A DNA stretch of 48,637 bases, taken from Actinomycetota bacterium. GTDB lineage: Bacteria; Actinomycetota; UBA4738; HRBIN12. The notes under the pieces were generated by a model. The model did no database searches. It worked only from the letters and a program-made list of their open reading frames with translations, and was not told the origin of the DNA. The position numbers and the translations under genes are program-made. The stretch covers positions 1 to 48,637 of the forward strand of contig JBKOUM010000103.1 in the NCBI GenBank assembly GCA_046723385.1, in the 5' to 3' direction. Below, piece after piece: positions 45,079-48,637 of the stretch (the stretch's first letter is position 1; every line of letters starts with the position of its first letter).

Positions 45079-47757
45079 TCAGTGGCCGGCCGGGACGGCC
45101 TCGGCCCAGTTGGGCCCCCACCCGATGTCGGCGCGCAGCGGGACGTCGAGCGCGATCGCCTTCTCCATCCGACCGGCGACGACGGACGCAGCGTCGTGGA
45201 CCCGGTCCGCAGGCACCTCGAAGACGAGCTCGTCGTGGACCGTCAACAGCATGTGGCAGTCGAGGTCCGGGCGTTCGGCGAGCGCCGCGTCGACGCCGAT
45301 CATCGCGAGCTTGAAGACGTCGCTCGCGCTCCCCTGGATCGGAGCGTTCAGCGCCTGCCGCTCACCGAGCGCCTGCAGACGCCGGTTGCCGCTCGTCAGC
45401 TCGGGGATGTACCGGCGGCGACCCAGGATCGTCTCGGTGTAGCCGTCCATCCGGGCTCGATCGACCTGGGCGCGCAGGTAGTCGCGGATCTTGGGGAACC
45501 CGTTGAAGTAGCCGTCCAGGATCTCCTCCGCCTCGTCCGGAGCGATGTCCAGCCGCTGCGCCAAGCCCCACGCGTTCATGCCGTAGGCGAGCCCGTAGTT
45601 GACCATCTTGGCTCGGCGACGGAGCTCGCCGTCCACCTGTTCGAGCGGCAACCCGAAGACCTTGGCGGCCGTGGCGGCGTGGATGTCGATGCCCGCGGCG
45701 AACGCGTCGCGGAGACCTTCGTCCCCCGAGAGATGTGCGAGGACCCGCAGCTCGATCTGCGAGTAGTCGGCGACCAAGAGCACCTGGTCGGGTGCGCCGG
45801 GGATGAAGGACCTCCGGATCTGGCGGCCGAGCTCGGACCGGATCGGGATGTTCTGGAGGTTGGGGTTGGAGCTGCTCAGGCGTCCGGTGGCCGCCGCCGC
45901 CTGGTTGAACGAGGTATGGACGCGCCCGTCGTGCGGGTCGGCCATCTTGGGGAGCGCCTCGAGGTACGTGGAGTTGAGCTTGTCGAGCTCGCGCCACGAA
46001 AGCAGCGCGTCGACGATCGGGTGGGCGTCCCGGAGCTTCTCGAGGACCGACGCGTCGGTGGACAGGGACCCCTTCGTCGTGCGCTTCCCGGGCTGCAGCC
46101 CGAGCTCGTCGTAGAGCACCTCGCGGAGCTGCGGAGGGGAGTTGAGGTTGAACTCGCGACCGGCGTGGCGATACACGTCGGCTTCGAGGACCGCCATGTC
46201 GCCGCGAACCGTCTCCCCCATCTCCTCCAGGTAGGCGACGTCGAGGCGGACCCCTCGCGCCTCCATGTGCGCGAGGACGGACGAGAGCGGGAGCTCCACC
46301 TCGTTCAGCAGCTTCCGGAGGCCTCGCTCGTCGATCGCCTGTTCCATCACGGGGGTGAGGAGCGCCACGGCCGCCGACTCGGCGGCCGTGGCGCGCCAGG
46401 GATCGGCGGCGAACAGCTGGCCGTCGTCGACGTCCTCGGCTCCGCCGAGGACGTCGACCCCCAGGTACCGCTCGCTCAGACCCGAAAGCGGATACGTGGC
46501 GGCCGCCGGATCCAGGAGGTAGCCGGCGAGCATCGTGTCGAAGGCGACGGTCGCAAGCGTGCTCCCCTCGGCGAGGATCAGCCGCTCGAGGGTCTTGGCG
46601 TCGTGGGTCCACGACGGCGACGCGGTATCCGCGAGCGGGTCGGCCAGACCCCCCAGCCCCTCGACGTCCGCGTAGAGGGCTCGCATCTCGCCCGCGGAGA
46701 CCGCGGCGCCGACGATGCGGCCGTCGTCCGTCCGCAGGCGAACGGCCGCCGGGCCGGCGTGGATCAGCTTGGCCAGCTCCGTGACGTCGGTCTGACCCAG
46801 GTCGAGGTCCGCCGGCTCCACCTTGGGTTGCACCCCGCCGGCGGCTTCCTGGAGACGGTCGAGCAGGGAGCGGAACTCGAGCGAGGTGAAGAGTCGCCGG
46901 ACGGCTTCGGCGTCGTAGTCGCCACGGACGCAGTCCGTCGGATCGATGTCCAGGTCGAGGTCGGTGACGATCCGCGCGAGCTGCTTGTTGAGACCGAGCC
47001 GCTCGGTCGCCGAGGAGACGTTCTCCTTGAGCTTGCCCCTGAGCTCGTCGACGTGCTCGACGAGGTTCTCGACCGAGCCCCACTCCTGGACCAGCCTGGC
47101 CGCGGTCTTCTCACCAACCCCGGGAACGCCGGGGATGTTGTCCGACGTGTCGCCCTTGAGCGCGACGTAGTCGAGGTACCGCTCCGGCGTGACGCCGTAC
47201 CGCGCCTCGACCTGTTCCGGTCCCATCAGCTCGATCTCCGAGATCCCCCTGCGATTGAAGAGGACCGAGATCGCACCGCGCCCGTCCGTCCGCTCTCGCG
47301 CCAGCTGGAAGAAGTCGCGGTCGGCCGTCACGATCACCGCGTCGATACCCTGCACGCTCGCTTCCTCGGCAAGCGTCCCGAGCGCGTCGTCGGCCTCGTG
47401 ACCTTCGACCCGGATCGTGGGGATCCGCAGCGTCGACAGCACCTCCTCGATCAGAGCGAGCTGGGGGCCGAAGTCGGCCGGCGTCTCCCGGCGACCGGCC
47501 TTGTACTCGGCGTCCATCTGGAGGCGGACGGTCGGCGCGCCCATGTCGAACGCCACCGCGATGAGATCGGGCTTCTCGTCCCCGAGCAGTTTGATCAGCA
47601 TCGAGGTGAAGCCGTAGACGGCGTTCGTGACCGTCCCGCTGCTCGTCGCAAGCGTGGGCGGCAACGCGAAGAACGCGCGGTACGCCAGGCTGTGACCGTC
47701 GAGGAGGAAGAGTCGGCGGGGCTCGTCCTCGACGGTGGATCCGTCCATCTCCGTCAT
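45079..47757 (-). CDS. polA: DNA polymerase I
   Basis: Track ORF 45079..48606 trimmed to ATG 47757 (MTEMDGSTVEDEPRRLFLLDGHSLAYRAFFA...), 892 aa. DYSQIELRVLAHLS, RRRAKMVNYGLAYG, VHDEL. The upstream 283 codons are antisense to the iron-permease gene. Confidence 0.95.
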   Translation of the reverse strand: MTEMDGSTVEDEPRRLFLLDGHSLAYRAFFALPPTLATSSGTVTNAVYGFTSMLIKLLGDEKPDLIAVAFDMGAPTVRLQMDAEYKAGRRETPADFGPQLALIEEVLSTLRIPTIRVEGHEADDALGTLAEEASVQGIDAVIVTADRDFFQLARERTDGRGAISVLFNRRGISEIELMGPEQVEARYGVTPERYLDYVALKGDTSDNIPGVPGVGEKTAARLVQEWGSVENLVEHVDELRGKLKENVSSATERLGLNKQLARIVTDLDLDIDPTDCVRGDYDAEAVRRLFTSLEFRSLLDRLQEAAGGVQPKVEPADLDLGQTDVTELAKLIHAGPAAVRLRTDDGRIVGAAVSAGEMRALYADVEGLGGLADPLADTASPSWTHDAKTLERLILAEGSTLATVAFDTMLAGYLLDPAAATYPLSGLSERYLGVDVLGGAEDVDDGQLFAADPWRATAAESAAVALLTPVMEQAIDERGLRKLLNEVELPLSSVLAHMEARGVRLDVAYLEEMGETVRGDMAVLEADVYRHAGREFNLNSPPQLREVLYDELGLQPGKRTTKGSLSTDASVLEKLRDAHPIVDALLSWRELDKLNSTYLEALPKMADPHDGRVHTSFNQAAAATGRLSSSNPNLQNIPIRSELGRQIRRSFIPGAPDQVLLVADYSQIELRVLAHLSGDEGLRDAFAAGIDIHAATAAKVFGLPLEQVDGELRRRAKMVNYGLAYGMNAWGLAQRLDIAPDEAEEILDGYFNGFPKIRDYLRAQVDRARMDGYTETILGRRRYIPELTSGNRRLQALGERQALNAPIQGSASDVFKLAMIGVDAALAERPDLDCHMLLTVHDELVFEVPADRVHDAASVVAGRMEKAIALDVPLRADIGWGPNWAEAVPAGH

Positions 47758-47837
47758 CCTAGCCGCGGCCTCCGACGGGTCCTTCCGAACGCTCGCTCGA
47801 CGAGCCACCGAGCCGCCCGACCGCCCGCCCGCGAGAT

Positions 47838-47853
47838 AGTTCGTACACGAACT
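47838..47853. promoter_or_regulatory. Perfect palindrome AGTTCGT-AC-ACGAACT in the divergent polA / iron-permease spacer: candidate operator
   Basis: 7-bp arms are exact reverse complements with a 2-bp centre. Locally AT-richer. 24 nt upstream of the TAGGAT hexamer (47877..47882) that precedes the permease GTG by 7 nt. Confidence 0.4.
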
Positions 47854-47889
47854 TGCCGCTATTCCGACCTCGCCGGTAGGATTCGCGGC

Positions 47890-48637
47890 GTGCTGCCGAC
47901 GTTCGTGATCGGGCTCCGGGAAGGCATCGAAGCCTCCCTGATCATCGGGATCATCGCTGCCTTCCTGCTCCGACGCGGCGACCGCGACGCGCTCCGACCG
48001 ATGTGGGCCGGCGTCGGCCTCGCCCTCCTCGTCTGTGTCACGGTCGCGATCGTCCTGCGATCGGTCGGCGAGTCCCTCCCCTTGAAGCAGCGCGAGGCGA
48101 TGGAGGGACTGCTGGCGCTGGTCGCGGTGGCCGGCGTCACCTACATGGTGGTGTGGATGCGCCGCCACGCGCGAGAGCTCAAGGGGCAGCTCGAGACGCA
48201 CGCCGAGGACGCGCTGATGGCCGGGTCGATCTGGGCACTGGTCGGGATGGCGTTCTTCGCCGTGATCCGGGAGGGCCTCGAGACCGCGATCTTCCTCCTC
48301 GCCGCCTTCGAGACCTCCACGAGCCCGCTCGCGACGGGGGTCGGGGCCGTCCTCGGCGTCGCCACGGCCGTCGTGCTGGGGTGGGCGATCTACCGCGGCG
48401 GCGTCCGACTGAACCTCGCCCGGTTCTTCCGACTGACCGGGTTCGTGTTGGTGCTCGTCGCGGCCGGTCTCTTCGCGAGCGCCGTCCACAGCCTCGCGGA
48501 GGCGGGCCTCGTCACCGCCGCGCAGGCGACGGCGTTCGACCTCACGTGGCTCGTCGCACCCAACACGATCCGAGCGTCGCTGCTGACCGGGATGCTCGGA
48601 CTGCAACCCGTGCCGACCCAGGCCGAGGTCGCGGCAT
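47890..48637 (+). CDS. FTR1/EfeU-family high-affinity iron permease (partial, runs off the right edge)
   Basis: Not in the ORF track (no stop inside the window). My translation from GTG 47890: VLPTFVIGLREGIEASLIIGIIAAF...MAFFAVIREGLETAIFLLAAF..., i.e. two REGxE motifs in hydrophobic helices. Strong GC3 bias. Confidence 0.75.
   Translation, partial: MLPTFVIGLREGIEASLIIGIIAAFLLRRGDRDALRPMWAGVGLALLVCVTVAIVLRSVGESLPLKQREAMEGLLALVAVAGVTYMVVWMRRHARELKGQLETHAEDALMAGSIWALVGMAFFAVIREGLETAIFLLAAFETSTSPLATGVGAVLGVATAVVLGWAIYRGGVRLNLARFFRLTGFVLVLVAAGLFASAVHSLAEAGLVTAAQATAFDLTWLVAPNTIRASLLTGMLGLQPVPTQAEVAA

Noticed and set aside
47758-48606. 5' extension of the polA track ORF (1175 aa)
   Set aside because: The extra 283 codons are antisense to a well-supported FTR1/EfeU permease gene. 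PolA homology begins at MTEMDGS...LFLLDGHSLAYRAFF (ATG 47757).

Overview
Very GC-rich, almost fully coding bacterial chromosome segment, mostly on the minus strand. It carries the housekeeping synteny typical of Actinomycetota in compressed form: polA-rpsA-coaE ... uvrB ... uvrA ... uvrC-rapZ-gap-pgk-tpiA ... secG-tRNA-Leu. Accessory genes sit between these anchors. From left to right they are two tandem GcvT-family paralogs with a YtcJ-type amidohydrolase, an ABC-F ATPase, a PASTA lipoprotein and a stand-alone LigD-type primase-polymerase. Next come an APH-fold kinase, a CAP-domain protein, a secreted protein, an Opp/Dpp-type peptide ABC operon, an archaeal-type phosphoglycerate mutase and a beta-propeller/cupredoxin lipoprotein. 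The right half adds ChrA, a class-V aminotransferase, a cytoplasmic sulfite-oxidase-family Mo enzyme with an amidohydrolase, a polar amino-acid ABC system, an ABC-2 exporter, a HAD-DUF2203-dehydrogenase trio and a partial FTR1/EfeU iron permease at the right edge. I call about 42 protein genes, a candidate 20-codon leader ORF and one tRNA-Leu(GAG). I also call several promoter, operator and hairpin elements read directly from the sequence. I saw no rRNA, CRISPR array, transposase, integrase or recognisable defence genes. Many long ORFs in the track are antisense shadows or 5' over-extensions typical of high-GC DNA, and I rejected them. I did not find a clear novel multi-gene system. The best leads are: (1) an SD-equipped leader ORF whose stop overlaps the ABC-F start; (2) a roughly 120-nt hairpin-rich element with C-rich loops (6C-sRNA-like) upstream of the kinase gene; (3) RecA-NDp/PafBC-type TGTC-N12-TACACT promoters directly abutting the GTG starts of uvrA and uvrB, within a broader leaderless pattern; (4) a lipoprotein fusing a 7-repeat propeller-like domain to a type-1 copper domain; (5) a rearranged core synteny, with whiA/yvcK missing between rapZ and gap and an opp operon inserted so that oppF is translationally coupled to secG. 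All functional calls come from reading the translations by eye; no database search was possible.
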